Positions 15,635 to 28,144 of a DNA stretch of 64,000 bases are shown here, piece after piece; position 1 is the stretch's first letter; every line of letters begins with the position of its first letter. A model generated the notes under the pieces. It searched no databases and had not been told where the DNA came from. It saw nothing but the letters and a program-made list of their open reading frames with translations. Origin of the DNA: Macrostomum lignano (taxonomy: Eukaryota); NCBI GenBank assembly GCA_002269645.1, contig NIVC01003357.1:38586-102585 (forward strand), read 5' to 3'. A program made the position numbers and the translations under genes.

Positions 15635-16898
15635 TTTGTTAGGGCCTAATAAAAGTTGTTGACACTGGACAATACAGTAGGAAACTATTATTAGCCTCTG
15701 GCTTAGAAGCAAGCAATCAAGGTTTAACAAAGCCTGGCAAAACAAGGCCCTATGGATATTAGACTGCCCTAGACGACCGGATTGCCCATTAATTATTGTG
15801 ATTGTAATTCAATTGGAAAAATTGTAAAAATTGCAATTCGCTCGTGCAATCAGCTTGCAATCTAGATAAGTGCCTAAGAACCGTCTTATTCTACTGATAA
15901 GTAGTCAAGTTAAAATTGGGGACTTGCGATAATTGCAATCCGATTATAAGAACATAGCAGAAAAAAGTGTTACTATGTTTTTATATATTCAAATACTTCT
16001 ACGACCATATACAATATTTATTTAATGAAAATATCTTTATTTTTATAGGTTCTGATAATGTATACTGTTGTTGTTTTACTTCGCATTAAAATAATGATCT
16101 AACCAAAATAAGTAAACGTCTTGCCGGGTATAATTTTCTTTGCGGCAAATGTGGACTACTACAGCGAGCGAAGGCTCCGACGGCGCTTCTTCTTCAAAGT
16201 TTCAACATCTGTACGAACAGAACCATTTGTTCTTTTAACTTTCTCGTAGTGTGTTTATATTCAGTCTCAGTCTAAAGTTTTTTCTTTTCGCACTGAATTT
16301 AATTTTTAACATTCACAATGCATAAAGCAAATGTAGATGCCAAGGGCAAGGCTATGCCATTCTAATGATTACATTATGGACCTAATATTTGTTGTGTGAT
16401 TCAGGTTATTCATTCATTCAGTCCATTCAGGGGCTGTTCAAAAATTGTAGCTATATTTAGCTATATTTAGTTTTTAGCTATATTGCCTCTAAGTCAAATC
16501 AAAATTGAAACACTCCTAATCCTTTAAAGTTTAATAGTGATATCATTTTTGGGTAATAGTTTGCTCTTTTTGAAATTTTAAATGCCAGTTTTTTCTTTTG
16601 GTAATCCTGCTTTATATTCTAGATTTTCAACTTCCATCCTATTCAAAAGCTAGTACTATTCATATATAATATAATATATATTATATTGTCTCTTTATTCT
16701 ATTTGCATGTATTTGCTTAGGCCTACTATAAAATAAATTGCTCTCTCTAGACTAGTAGTCCAATGAGTCTATACCTATGCTACCAAGTACCTTAGGCCTA
16801 GGCCTAACTTTAATTAAATTGAATTGTTATGCTATGGAACCTTGAATAGCTACTAGGTATAGCTAGTTTTGAAATATAATTTGAACATTGAAGACTTG

Positions 16899-17502
16899 GA
16901 ATCTGGTCCATTTCAGCAACAAACCATTTCGGCGACACCCATTTTGGTGACAGGTAAATTTGGCGACAACCATTTCGGCAACAGTTCTTAAATAGGATTT
17001 TGAATGTATTCTTATCTCATAGGACATAGCTACAAAACATTTCAGAACTTACACAAATTTACAACCTTTGGTTTGATTAAGTGTTGTTAAAACGAATTAT
17101 AGTGTAAAACAATTTACATTAAACTTTATAAGCTTTGTTAAAACTATGTTAAAACAATTTTTAATGTAAAACTTAAAACAAATGAATTATAATTTGAAAT
17201 TAATGTTTTTAAGAAACAAGAAAATTAAAATTCCAATTCAAAATTACAATTCGTGTATGATGTTTACTCTTCCACGGGTGCATTCATGCCACTGCATGCA
17301 AGCAGCGCCTCAAGAGTTCTGGTGCTGGCTTCGTACTCTGCCCAATAGTTTCAACAAAATGCCTGCTAGGGGGGTCATGTCAGCTGGGGATAGTTTATCG
17401 TATTGTAGATACTTGTAATTTTTCTATCATATTTGTCAAGGAAATGGTCGTCGCCAAATTGACCTGTCACCAAAATAGGTGTCGCCGAAATGGACAGGTA
17501 CC
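16899..17502. mobile_element. MITE nested inside the EnSpm element (MULE-like by termini and TSD)
   Basis: Inverted ends containing CCATTTCGGCGACACC..TTTTGGTGACAGGT.AATTTGGCGAC. Direct flanks AAGACTTG at 16891-16898 and 17503-17510. The exact 7-9 bp boundary is ambiguous. Confidence 0.8.
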
Positions 17503-18064
17503 AAGACTTGAAGTAGCTAAGCAACAGGCCTACTAGACTATAATAAGCAGTAAGGGTGGGCCTAATACTAATTGGTACTGGTATCCTTTTTTAATTGAAC
17601 TATTACCTATGCCTATGCTATGGGTATGGCTATGTTTAGATAGCTATTATATTAGCTATAGGCCTAGTTTATAGTAGAGCTACTATAGTTAGGCTATACA
17701 ACATGTCAACAATGCTATAACAGTAAAAACTAGCTACCCTGTGGATCTATATTTTGATATGTTCTAGCTATTTTCTTTTTTACACAATGCTGAAGTCATT
17801 AAAATTGTAAACATGCAAAGGTAATGAAAATAGATACATGATTAAAATTTTATTGAATATATTGTGTTCATATTAATAGTCTATAGAGTATAGACTATAT
17901 AATCATTATGTCCAGTATAGCTATTTAAGAAAAAGTAATTAATTAATTGACAAAAAATAGATAGCTATATAGCTCTAGTATCATAGTAGTATTGATCTAT
18001 ATTTTGTTTATTTGATTTCGTTGGTATAGTAAAAAAGCTTAAATATTTATTCATCTTTTCAGTT

Positions 18065-19309
18065 ATGGAAACTTCTCGACACGTTAATTCTCGCTCAAGA
18101 TCATCCAACAAGCTTGACAAGTTTGCAACTCTAAGTTTTGACCATGTCATTCTCTGGTTCCCAAAGACAAATTCCCATAGTGGACCTATTTATATAAATT
18201 CTAGCTTTCTTAGCCATTTCGACAAGGCTGAGAAAATGGAATTTAAGGAGCGTCAACAAATCAAGATTCGTGAAAAGAATGGATTCCATGATGCCATTAT
18301 TGTGAAGCTCGGCACTTATGCAAAAATTAAAATTGCTGAACAAACTATTGACCGCCTTGCTGAAGAAGGTTATAGTACTGAGACAATTTTTGAGAGACTT
18401 GATAATGAAATGTCTGTTGATTTGGATACACGAACACGAACCTCTGCTACCTATTTGATAGATAGTGATAGCAATGAAGGTGATGATGAAGAAAATGATG
18501 AGAACTATGTGCCACCTGATGACAGGTCTACAACTTCTAAGCCTCCTTTGACAATTACTAGCCAGACTATGTCTTTGGAAAGGCAGAAGGAAGCGGATTT
18601 GTTCAAGTCTTATGGCAATGTGATTGTGGAGCCACCACTTAAGAAAGCTAAGAGTGCAAGTTGTGACCTTATTGCTAATGCTAAGAGTGGTGCCTGTGCA
18701 CCTTTGTACTCATCTACACCACCTAGAAAACCACAGGATGTTGCCCTAGCTCAATGTATGAGACCAAGTAGCTCTTTTGTGACTTTTACAGAGCCAGCCA
18801 CTGCTGCAGCAAGCCCACTTGCTCAGGGTTCCAAACTTCAAGCACCTGAGCCTAAAGTGTCAGATTTGCTTTTGCTTGAGGCTCGAGTACAAACTGGATT
18901 GTTGAAAAAGATCATCCGGCTACAGGAAGAAGGAAATGAATTGCTCAGACAAGGGTTTGGTTTCAATGATGAGGTTGTGAGCAAAGAAGATCAAGTTATT
19001 GCTGGTTGTGATGGCCGACCCTTCCGCCTGTCTCAGTTACCATTGCCACCTAACCTTTTTGCTCGTGAGTTTGTACTCCGCAAATTTGGTGAACAGCTTT
19101 GTGAAACAACAATTATTGAGCCACATGGCAGAAGTGAAAGGATTGCTATGGATGTTGATTCGGTTCAAGCTATCAGGTCTGTTCTTGACCATTGGTTTGG
19201 AACTGGCTATTCTTGGAAGTTCGTAAGGAATTCTCTAAACCAAATGTTCCGAGACATGACCAACAGAAAGAAGGAAAGTGATGACAAGAAGAAAGAAACC
19301 AAGAAGTAA
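18065..19309 (+). CDS. Transposon accessory protein (414 aa): N-terminal globular region, acidic/low-complexity linker, coiled coil and probable C-terminal BEN domain
   Basis: Intact ORF inside the EnSpm element. The C-terminus FAREFVLRKFGEQL...GRSERIAMDVDSVQAIRSVLDHWF...SWKFVRNSLNQMFRD fits the BEN helical pattern (recognised by eye, not HMM-tested). TTTTCAG acceptor lies 2 nt before the ATG. Confidence 0.75.
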   Translation: METSRHVNSRSRSSNKLDKFATLSFDHVILWFPKTNSHSGPIYINSSFLSHFDKAEKMEFKERQQIKIREKNGFHDAIIVKLGTYAKIKIAEQTIDRLAEEGYSTETIFERLDNEMSVDLDTRTRTSATYLIDSDSNEGDDEENDENYVPPDDRSTTSKPPLTITSQTMSLERQKEADLFKSYGNVIVEPPLKKAKSASCDLIANAKSGACAPLYSSTPPRKPQDVALAQCMRPSSSFVTFTEPATAAASPLAQGSKLQAPEPKVSDLLLLEARVQTGLLKKIIRLQEEGNELLRQGFGFNDEVVSKEDQVIAGCDGRPFRLSQLPLPPNLFAREFVLRKFGEQLCETTIIEPHGRSERIAMDVDSVQAIRSVLDHWFGTGYSWKFVRNSLNQMFRDMTNRKKESDDKKKETKK

Positions 19310-20188
19310 TTATTTGTGACAACTGTAGTGCCACTGATGACTTACTTTTGGGCCTAGTTGACTACTATTATAATTTTTGCTAATGTTTTCATTCTTTTTT
19401 GTTTATGCTAGTGCAACAAAGGAGTTGGAGTCTGGGATTGAATCCTTTCTGCAGGAGGACCAAAATATTTTTAGAGGGGACAAAGCAGATTTCTCACCAA
19501 AGGAGCCCTGCCCTTGAACCATATCTGCAACTGTCCAGGATGATTTTCCTTTGGACTGCACCCCCCCCCCCCGAAATGCTAGTTATGCCAAGCCCTAGTG
19601 ATAGCTTTGACAGTAAAGTGTATTGATGTTTCAAAAGAACAGACTTTTACTTGGTATTGTTTATCAATAGCAGTGAGTGATGATGAAAAAAATTATTAAA
19701 ACTATAATAAGCCACAAGTCATCACAGTTCAAAGAGTGATACTAGGGCAAGCTGAATAGGTCCACGATTTCCTATAGACTATTACTAGCCAAATGTGTCC
19801 TTAGATAACCATTTAATAGCATTTTTGTCCTTGTTTTGTTAGTGACATTATTTATTCTTGTTTGGTTAATAACATTATTTATTCTTGTTTGGTTAATGAC
19901 ATTATTTATTACTTTTATGACATTAGCTCAATAATCAATAAACGTTGGAGGCATTCATCATGTGCACATTTTCATTGTATGCTCAATCACATTGATTCAT
20001 TTGTTTCTCTTTGTCCGTTTAAAATATTTTAAGACCTATAGGTTTTGTGATGCTAGAATAACAAAATAATTTAATATTCTATCGTGCATTTTTATGGTGC
20101 TCTAATTTTTATTCTCTCTGAAAAAAACTGTTCTACCTGTTAATAGTGAAATCTGTTTTAAACACCATTTGCAGCACTTCAACCCTCA

Positions 20189-22494
20189 ATGGCTGAGTTC
20201 TTTGAAGCGGTTGCATCCATGTGCCTTCATGATGATTTCGAGCTGGAGCACTTTGATGAGGAACCTGCTGAGGCCGCCTGCTCTAGTACGGCGTCTAAAT
20301 CTGGAGAGGCTCGCCACAATGAGCAGCCAGATCCGAGCGTCCTGGTTCTGGACTCGCAATGCGATGAACTAGATGAAGCTGGGCCTTTTCCTGGTGAAGA
20401 GGGAAGCCTAGAGTCCGACGCTATTCTCTCTATCGACTGTTTGAAAGACTTAGCACGCAAAGAGTTTTTGTGCGTGTTTATCGTGTTCCTGATAGTTAAT
20501 AGGGACATTCCTCTCGCTACTATGGACATAATATTAAAATCTTTCTTCGCTGCCAACTTTGTTGTTTGTTCGCTGTCCATGAGAATGGTGAAAAGAGTCA
20601 TGGATCGTCTTGTGATGGCTTGCAGCCATTTCTCCCTACTTGAAACATGTTCCATTTCTACATGTCAGCGTCGTTCTTCTCATGCTAGTCAAAGGTGTTG
20701 CGCTGCTCCTTTAAATTATACTGCACACTTTGATGTAGGCTTCCAGCTTCAAATTATCATCGAGTCTCTATTTCAGTACATGGTTGATTTTAGCCAAAGC
20801 CAAGCTATTAAGACAGACGTACTTAAAAATTGTCCGATAATTTATGATACTGCCCAAGTTATTACAATCTTTTTGCATCTCTCCACTGATGGCTGTAGCT
20901 TGTACTCTAATTCTCCCTCTTCTTTGTGGCCTGTTCAAGCTCAAATTTTAAATCTTCCACCATTTTTGCGTTTTCAGCCAGAAAACTTCTTAATTTTTTC
21001 TTTCTTGGTGCAAAGAAGCCTAACTGGAAAACGTTTCTAGAAGACCATCTGGCTTCAGTTTTTGAAAAAACGTTCTGTTTTACTATTCGAAACAGGCCTA
21101 TGCGTTTCCGTGTTAAACTCTTTTCGGCTACTTTTGATCTTCCTGCCTTGGCTAGCATACTAAACCATAAGCAATTTAATGGCGAGTTTGGTTGCCTTTA
21201 CTGTGAAAATCCCGGTAGTACTGTTAAAGTCGGCCATGGATCCGCACGCAAGTATTCTGAGCCTCATTTATCTACTCCAGTTTCGAATGCTGTTTATTTA
21301 TCACGAGTTCAACTAGTCTGTCTCTCTGGTGAGAAGAGCCTTTTTGGTATTAAGGGTGATTCTGTTCTTAGGAAGTACGTGCGCATTCCGGAAAATATTT
21401 TGCTTGATTCGTTGCACTTTCTTTATGAAAATTGTTGTGGCACTCTAATGAAATATATGTTTGATGGTTCCTACCGACAACTGAGTTGCTACCTTGGGCG
21501 AAGTCTGCCTTTCTTTAATGATACTCTTAAAAGAGTCAGCGTGCCTAAGTCAGTAACAGTACCATTTTGTCTAGAGCTTCGCTCTTCGTGGAAAGCCAAG
21601 GATTACATGTTCGCTGCAATGTATCTATTGCCTATATTTGCTTTCCATTGCTTCAGTAGGAAAAATCAGGCATGCGCCATTGCTTTGCTTTCTTTTTCTC
21701 TTGTTTGTCATGTAGCAAATTCTGTAGACTGTGAGCACTACTTGGCGCTTCTCGATAAAGTAATTCAACACTTTATGTCAACTTTAGGAACTGCATTTGA
21801 TGCCAATGTATACACAATTAATTTTCATCTCCTGTGTCATTTGCCCGAACAGCTTCTCAATTTTGGTCCTCTAACAGGATACTCTATGTTCTCATTTGAG
21901 AGTCAATTTTCAACGGTAAAGAATTATATTCAAGGGACTCGATTCCATGTCAAGCAAATATGCGAAAAGCTCATTCTGCAAAAATGTTGCACTTTCTGTC
22001 TTAAGGAGGGAGCTGCTGCTCAATCTAACAGCCGCATTTTCGAGCTGCTCACTTATAAGTATAGAATTTTATCGAGCAGTCCTTCCGCCTGCTGGCGATT
22101 TCTATCCGCTTACGCAATAGCGCAAAACAATCGTCTCTTTTATGCTACTTCTTATCCGAAACTGCCCCCTACTCGGTCATGTATTGTGCAGTTGAAAGAC
22201 GGCAGTTTCTGCAAAGTAGTTCGTTTTCTGAATGGCACCGATATTTTAGCTGATGTAATTTTTTTAGACGTCTGCAATTTACAAGACTTTTTGAATCTGT
22301 CCAATGTACCTATTGCTGCTGATATATTATGTTTAGCAAATACTTTCTTGTTTATTTGCCGCCCGTCTTCTAACACCTGTACTATTCCAGTGGGATGTAA
22401 TTTTCTGCATCAGTGTGTTTCAGTCAATAATATTTTTCCCGATAAGGACTTGTGTCTCGTTATACCGGATTCTTGCCGCCATGAATATGGCTAA
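20189..22494 (+). CDS. EnSpm/CMC transposase (Transposase_21 family), split by a single -1 frameshift near 20993-21005
   Basis: LSTDG (D1), SLWPV, LNLPP..RF, FDLPA (D2), FNGEFGCLYC, LLDSLH, NFHLLCHL, FGPL, FSFES (E). ORFs 20189-21040 and 20926-22494 join as PENFLIF/SFLGAKKP. No other stops. Confidence 0.9.
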
Positions 22495-24434
22495 ATTTGG
22501 GATGACTTAAAGCTGAGTAGGAACTGTTAAAACTGAGTAAGCACTACTAAGAATTGTATCTGTCGCGGATCGTTTTCAAAATATAGATCACTTGAACCAA
22601 TCGCCATACAATAATTCGCTTATTGCTTGCTAGTTGTGTATCTTGTTTGATTTTTTGTTGACTGTTGGATGTTAGAAAAAGGTAAAAATACGAGAAAACA
22701 TTTTGTGTGTACTCAAATTTCAATTTTAATGACTTTTAACGTTTCACTTTCTGTGCAGCTTTAATTTGGGTGTTATATAAATATAATAATGGAATGCAAT
22801 CGTGCATATTGTACTAATTGTACATTATAAACTGCCCAATAGTAACCGAGTCTGGTCAGAAAAACATCCTCTCATGTGTTTATCGTCTTCCTTACATTAA
22901 TTTTCTAATCTAAAAATTCATAACATCGGCAAAAGCCATACATGCTACTCAGAGTAAACTGTGTGTCTATCCACCGAAAGTAATTGCAATCGGATTGCGC
23001 CAGAAATTGCATAAATTACAATTTAATTGGTCTAAATTGCAAAACTTACAATCCGCGTGTGCAAAATTGCTAAAATTGCAATTTCGATTGTAATCAGCTT
23101 ATCCAAAATTGCAATTGACGTGCACGCAATTGGCAATTATTGTACAATTTCGGCAAGTAGATTGCAATTTTCGACAATTTCTTGTAATTTCGGTCGACTA
23201 GGGTGGGCTAAACTTCAAAAGATGAGTCTGTGTAGGGCCTATATAAATTTCAAATGTACTAGCCTACCTAAACCTTAGTGCTTAGGCTTAGGCTTACAAT
23301 CAGTCTGTAGCAAAAGGTGCAAAACCCACTTAGTTTAAGTCAAACTATTAGGCCAACACAACACAGCGGCTATAAATAACGAATATGCCTATGGAAGATA
23401 GTTGAACTGGCTTAGCTTCGCCTACTCTAGCGTTAACCATATATTATGTAATTTAATACTTGGCAGTTGTTGTTATTTGTCCGCCAATAACCGGACGAAT
23501 AGCCATTTTATTTTTGTCCGGTTAAATCGTTAATACTAGTTATATCTATTTTAAAGTGATGTATATTCTGGATTTTTAACATTTTTACTCGTATCTTAAT
23601 TAATATTTTGTTATACCAATGAAAGCCAAGCACACGTGTGTGCTCACGCGATATTTCTTGCTGAAAAAATTAACTTGCACGTTGACTGTGATTGAAGCTG
23701 CCGAATTGTTCAGTTAGATTTATATTACTCCGGATATTCATATTCGTATGTGTTACAAGAAGTGTACACTGTAGCTTCCTATCTTACGCTTATTAAAAAA
23801 TCTTCATGTTTTACTGATAGTATAGAAATTAGTTAATAAAAGTTGTCCCATGTGTGTGAGTTGAGATATATTGCTATTAATCAATCGTACATGTATATAT
23901 AATCTGCTGATAATTGTGCAACATGGAAACAAACATGAAGTAAAGAGTAAACGTACACTCTGTATTTTAGTATAGGAAGAAGATCGAAAAGGGCAGGCAG
24001 ACGTACATGCACCATGCATGCATGCATGTACATGTATAGAACGATGGAATGTAAGCAGTTACAGATGCATATGTATAGTCTTTGAACTATTGAACATATA
24101 TCAATGCACAAGTACAATACATAGTACACAATACAAATCATGAAACAATGCAGTGACTATATCTTGTACTTATTTGGCATTTCGCCGTATTAATTTATAT
24201 GTTTAAAATGATATATAGGGCGTTGCAGTAAAAAATCTAGATACAAAAACGGAGTCTACAAAAAAAGAAATTAATCTGCTCATAATTCTGTTCGTCAAAA
24301 TGTATATTAAGGTCGCTCCTGCACAAGGCGACCTAGCTCATACTCTTTGTTTCCTGCATAAATTCTGTACTGCCTCTTTTCTTTCCCACAGACCATTTGA
24401 AGCTTCTGTCTAGCCCACAGATCCAAAAAATTTG

Positions 24435-24967
24435 TTATCCTAAAGTTTTAAGATCTGTGTCCAGTCTAGCTGTTCGCTTCGCCTCCTCCTCACGCCTCGC
24501 TTCCTCCTCCCTGGCGCAAGACCAGACATCGCCGATGTCGAAAGATGTCGGCGGAGCACACAAAATACTCAGGGCCTTTTCCCGAAGTTGGCAGCACGCT
24601 AGATTTTCGAAGGATGCTCCACCAACAGCAGATACATGGTACGTGATGAACCCCATGCCCAGCATGCAAGCTGAAAGTCGTCAGAACGACTGACTCCCTG
24701 ATGAATCTGCCGCAACATGAGCGGCGATACTACTAGTCGTTTTCTTGACACCTGTAGTCCCAGCTCTCGCTTGGCGCTTCGCAGGAGGAGAGTGGCCGTA
24801 TAAGCGGCATGCTTTGTAAGATCTGGTGCAGAATTGACCATAAGGACAGGGCAGCTGGCGTCAGAAGCAACGCTGCCGTACGCGCGCAAACGCGTCCCGA
24901 CTAGGCTGGCCAGGTAGTCGAGCAGGCTGTTCAGCGGACAGGATACAGCAAAGAAGCTCGTTTCCAT
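24435..24967 (-). other. GC-rich island with two overlapping ORFs (122 and 76 aa); possible small gene or pseudogene of unknown function
   Basis: Coding-like composition within AT-rich flanks. No family recognised and no phase-compatible intron joins the two frames. Confidence 0.3.
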
Positions 24968-26256
24968 AAAAATGGTGAACAGATATGCTTGTATTCAGGT
25001 ACTAGTTAAACTAGTTTAAGTGGCCCCTGCTTGTATTCTTCCACAAGTGCAAGAGAATCCTTCTTCACGTCTTCAGATTCGTGAAGACCATCGGTCTTGT
25101 TTTTTTCGCTTTTTTAAGTCACTCGTGTGATTTGGATGTTAAATTTGATGACGACAAGAGCTGCGGGTGTTAAACGCGGATTTAATCAAGTGAAGACTGG
25201 AATTCGACGCTGAAAAGCTTCGAGGACTTAAATTATGTAGCTTTTAAGTGCAGTTTTTAACTCTACTCCCAAAGGCTCACAGGGAATGTATTAAGTTATA
25301 TTTTTAACGTACGAGGATCCATATGCATATGAATATGTGCTCGTACATGTACGGTTGGTCGAATATGCTTGCTTAGAATGGCAGAATGAGAATATATACG
25401 AAGCTTAACATTGGAAAGAGCTAGAACCAAGCTAATTGTTATACGAGCCGTATCGGATGTCTTCGCTCGAATTATTTTTAGGAACACGTCAGAAAGACAA
25501 CAACTATAATAATGCATAAAAGTTGCCTTTGATAATGACCACCAGAGTTATTGTAACTTACGCAACGGGTTTCTATCTTAATTTTTTTAATTGCATGTAA
25601 CCGTGCATGCTATATTATTGTCAGTATAGTAATGGACCATTTATAGCAAGCGTAGAGCTAGTCCTCTTCTAGGATATACGCCAACAGAATGTACATGTAC
25701 TTGCTCTTAACCACAGATACTAGATGGGCCACTCAGGCAGTAGCAATAAGAATACATGTGATATTTTGTAAGAATAAAGGCAGCTGAGATAACTTGGATA
25801 AGTTTAGAAGCCCAAACTTGGAGACGAAGAATTTCTGTGTGGATTTTGAAGGTATAAGCTGGGGGTTAAGAGCCAATTAATAAGCATCGTCTTTAAAAAT
25901 ACATTAAAATGATTCAACTTAACTTACTACTGAACTGAAAGTAGCCGGCACGTAAATGTGCTGAGTAACCCATCTATTTATTCTAGTATCTGTACTTTTA
26001 ACAGCCGAAAGACCATTTACGAACTGTTGCAAGACCGATGCAGTGTAGAAGAAAGATTAATTTGTTGCCATGCAAAAGGATGGTATCCGTGCCTAGATAA
26101 TCAGTTCAAGCACTTTTTAAACTAAAGTGATCGGCCTTTCGGCTGTTAAGTCGTAAGAATATCAATAGAGCAGGAAAATTATTGCAATATACTAACATAT
26201 CATTATGATCTTCAGGAAGCAATTCAGTAATAATCATATAAAAAATAATCCACACG

Positions 26257-26627
26257 TCAAAAACCATCCACATTGATGCGAGCATCTGCACCGTCTTCTT
26301 GCTCTTCTTCGCAGCGACTTCCACGAAGAGTTCGGAGCGACTTGGACATTACGGTGGTTTCCGTCGCCGAGCGAGTCTTGCCGCGACTCTTGCAAGCCTC
26401 CAGGCAGATGTTGTGCAGCAGCTCGATCAGCTCGCACAGGGTCAGCATGCTGCAGCCAATGTAGAATCCCAGCAAACCGCCCGTGTCAGCCATCAGTGAC
26501 GTTAGGGTGTAGGCTGGGACCATTAAAATGCGCGGACTCATCGTGCTTTCGGATCGAATCACCACTTTGAGCATGCTCTCGGATAGGTAGGCCCGAAACA
26601 GACCCTCCAGGTGAGTTGATTCGTTTT
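26257..26627 (-). CDS. DEG/ENaC (amiloride-sensitive sodium channel family) subunit, exon 2: beta12, TM2 and C-tail
   Basis: TAG acceptor at 26630-26628 (phase 1). VPAYTLTSLMADTGGLLGFYIGCSMLTLCELIELL gives TM2 with GxS filter GCS. TGA at 26259-26257. Confidence 0.92.
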
Positions 26628-26781
26628 CTAGCGGTTGAGCGGTTCAAATAACTTTGATTAATTTTGTTTTCCTATACCTATCTATCAGGTAGACGTCTTT
26701 TTTCCATAACAGAGCTTTCTGTATTACTACTTGGATATCTTGCCCTATATGAATGCTAGACAACTGAACCCGTGATCTTAC

Positions 26782-28144
26782 TTGTAAGCTCGCTGGTCAT
26801 GTCCAGCAGAAACTTCCAGGCGGGCAGGTGATACCCGTGTTCCTTTAACTCGTGCTGGTACTGCCTGCGCAGGAAGACGTCAACAAATCGAACCGCAGAG
26901 CCATAGCTGGGCCAGTTTCCGAAAGAATAAGACCGGCTGTAGTGCCGGCTGCTGCAGCGGTGCTCGGATTTGCACAGCTTCTTAGCCTCGGTTAGAATGC
27001 GCAGATTTTGTTCCTCGTAGGTGTGGTCGAATCCCGGATCAGCGGTTAATTGGCCGTGTGACAGATTGTAGCAGGAAGGTACATGCCTCAAAGGCCACGG
27101 CTTGGGAATCTTTGGCAGTGAGCAGTTATATAACTGGTGCAGCAGCCGAGTGACCTCAAAATGGAAGCAGTAGTCTCCATCGTATTCAAACTTATCTGCC
27201 TCACCCGTATAGGGATTGTAGTAATGAATGTGTTTCACATCGCGATGGCATTTTCGACCCACCAGCTCGGGACTGAAGTCGCGCTCGTCCATCTCTAGCT
27301 TGAGCTGATAGCCGCGGCCTGGCGCGAGCATGAAGTTTGTGTTGCCAATCGACGGATAGGTGTTCGGCGGGGATACAATTAAGTTCACGCCGTTGGTCTT
27401 CTCCACCGAGTTGCCTAATACCGGACTCCATTCAAAGACATCGTAGCTGATGTTTGGAACCTCCCGACTTTTAATGACAGACAGTGGATGCTCCACTGGG
27501 TGGAAGTGAGAGAAGTACGGATCTAGGTTAATGTAAAGGTACATGGCAAATTCGTCCGATCGAAGCTGCTCTCTAGCCGACGGATCCAGTAAAATCTTGA
27601 AACAGTTGATAAACTGCGGATGGTGAAATTTGACAATCTGCAGCTTCACAATTCGATAGTCACTTTTAATGAAAGCGCTGACTGCAAACTGCTCGGCCCG
27701 GTGGCCCAGTTTATCCGACAGCAGCCGGTAGGGTATGCTGTGAATTATATTCAGCGCGTAGAACGAGTCGCACTTCTCCAGTCGTCTTCTGTGCTCGTAG
27801 CGCTTGTGGAAGCGTCGCTCAGAGCGTCGTTTGTGGCGCTCCATTTCCAAGACTTCGTCTTTGCTTAGCGTCAGAGGATAACTGCCGGAAATGGGGTTCT
27901 CAGGGCACAGGTACAAGTCTGGCCACAGGAACTCTACACTGTCCGGTTCTAAGAACTTTGCCACATCGTCGCGCAGCAGTTTCTGCACAAATACAACGGC
28001 GTTCTTAGTGAATAGCGACAGAAAGCCGAGGAAAAGCAGCAGCCAAGTCACCTTCACGTAGCGCTGACGCGCGCCAACCAGCCGTGACACTCCGTGAGCT
28101 GTGGACTCGGCCAGGGCTCGGTTGATCATACTTTCGCTGGTCAT
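26782..28144 (-). CDS. DEG/ENaC subunit, exon 1: N-terminus, TM1 and ectodomain
   Basis: STAHG gating motif, hydrophobic TM1, WPDLYLCPENP (FPAVTICN-like), Cys-rich thumb, SFGNWPS. GTAAGA donor at 26781 (phase 1) joins exon 2 to give about 577 aa. Confidence 0.92.

Larger units (their letters stand above)
15767..23203 (+). mobile_element. Full-length EnSpm/CMC (CACTA-type) DNA transposon, 7437 bp, two genes
   Basis: TIR CCCTAGACGACCG / CGGTCGACTAGGG (1 mismatch). 2-bp TSD TG at 15765-66 and 23204-05. Dense subterminal AATTGCAA-type repeats at both ends. Encodes a Transposase_21-type transposase. Confidence 0.9.

Noticed and set aside
20991-21000. Programmed -1 slippery heptamer TTTTTTC in the transposase
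   Set aside because: It is not in the X_XXY_YYZ register of the upstream frame and no downstream stimulatory structure is evident.
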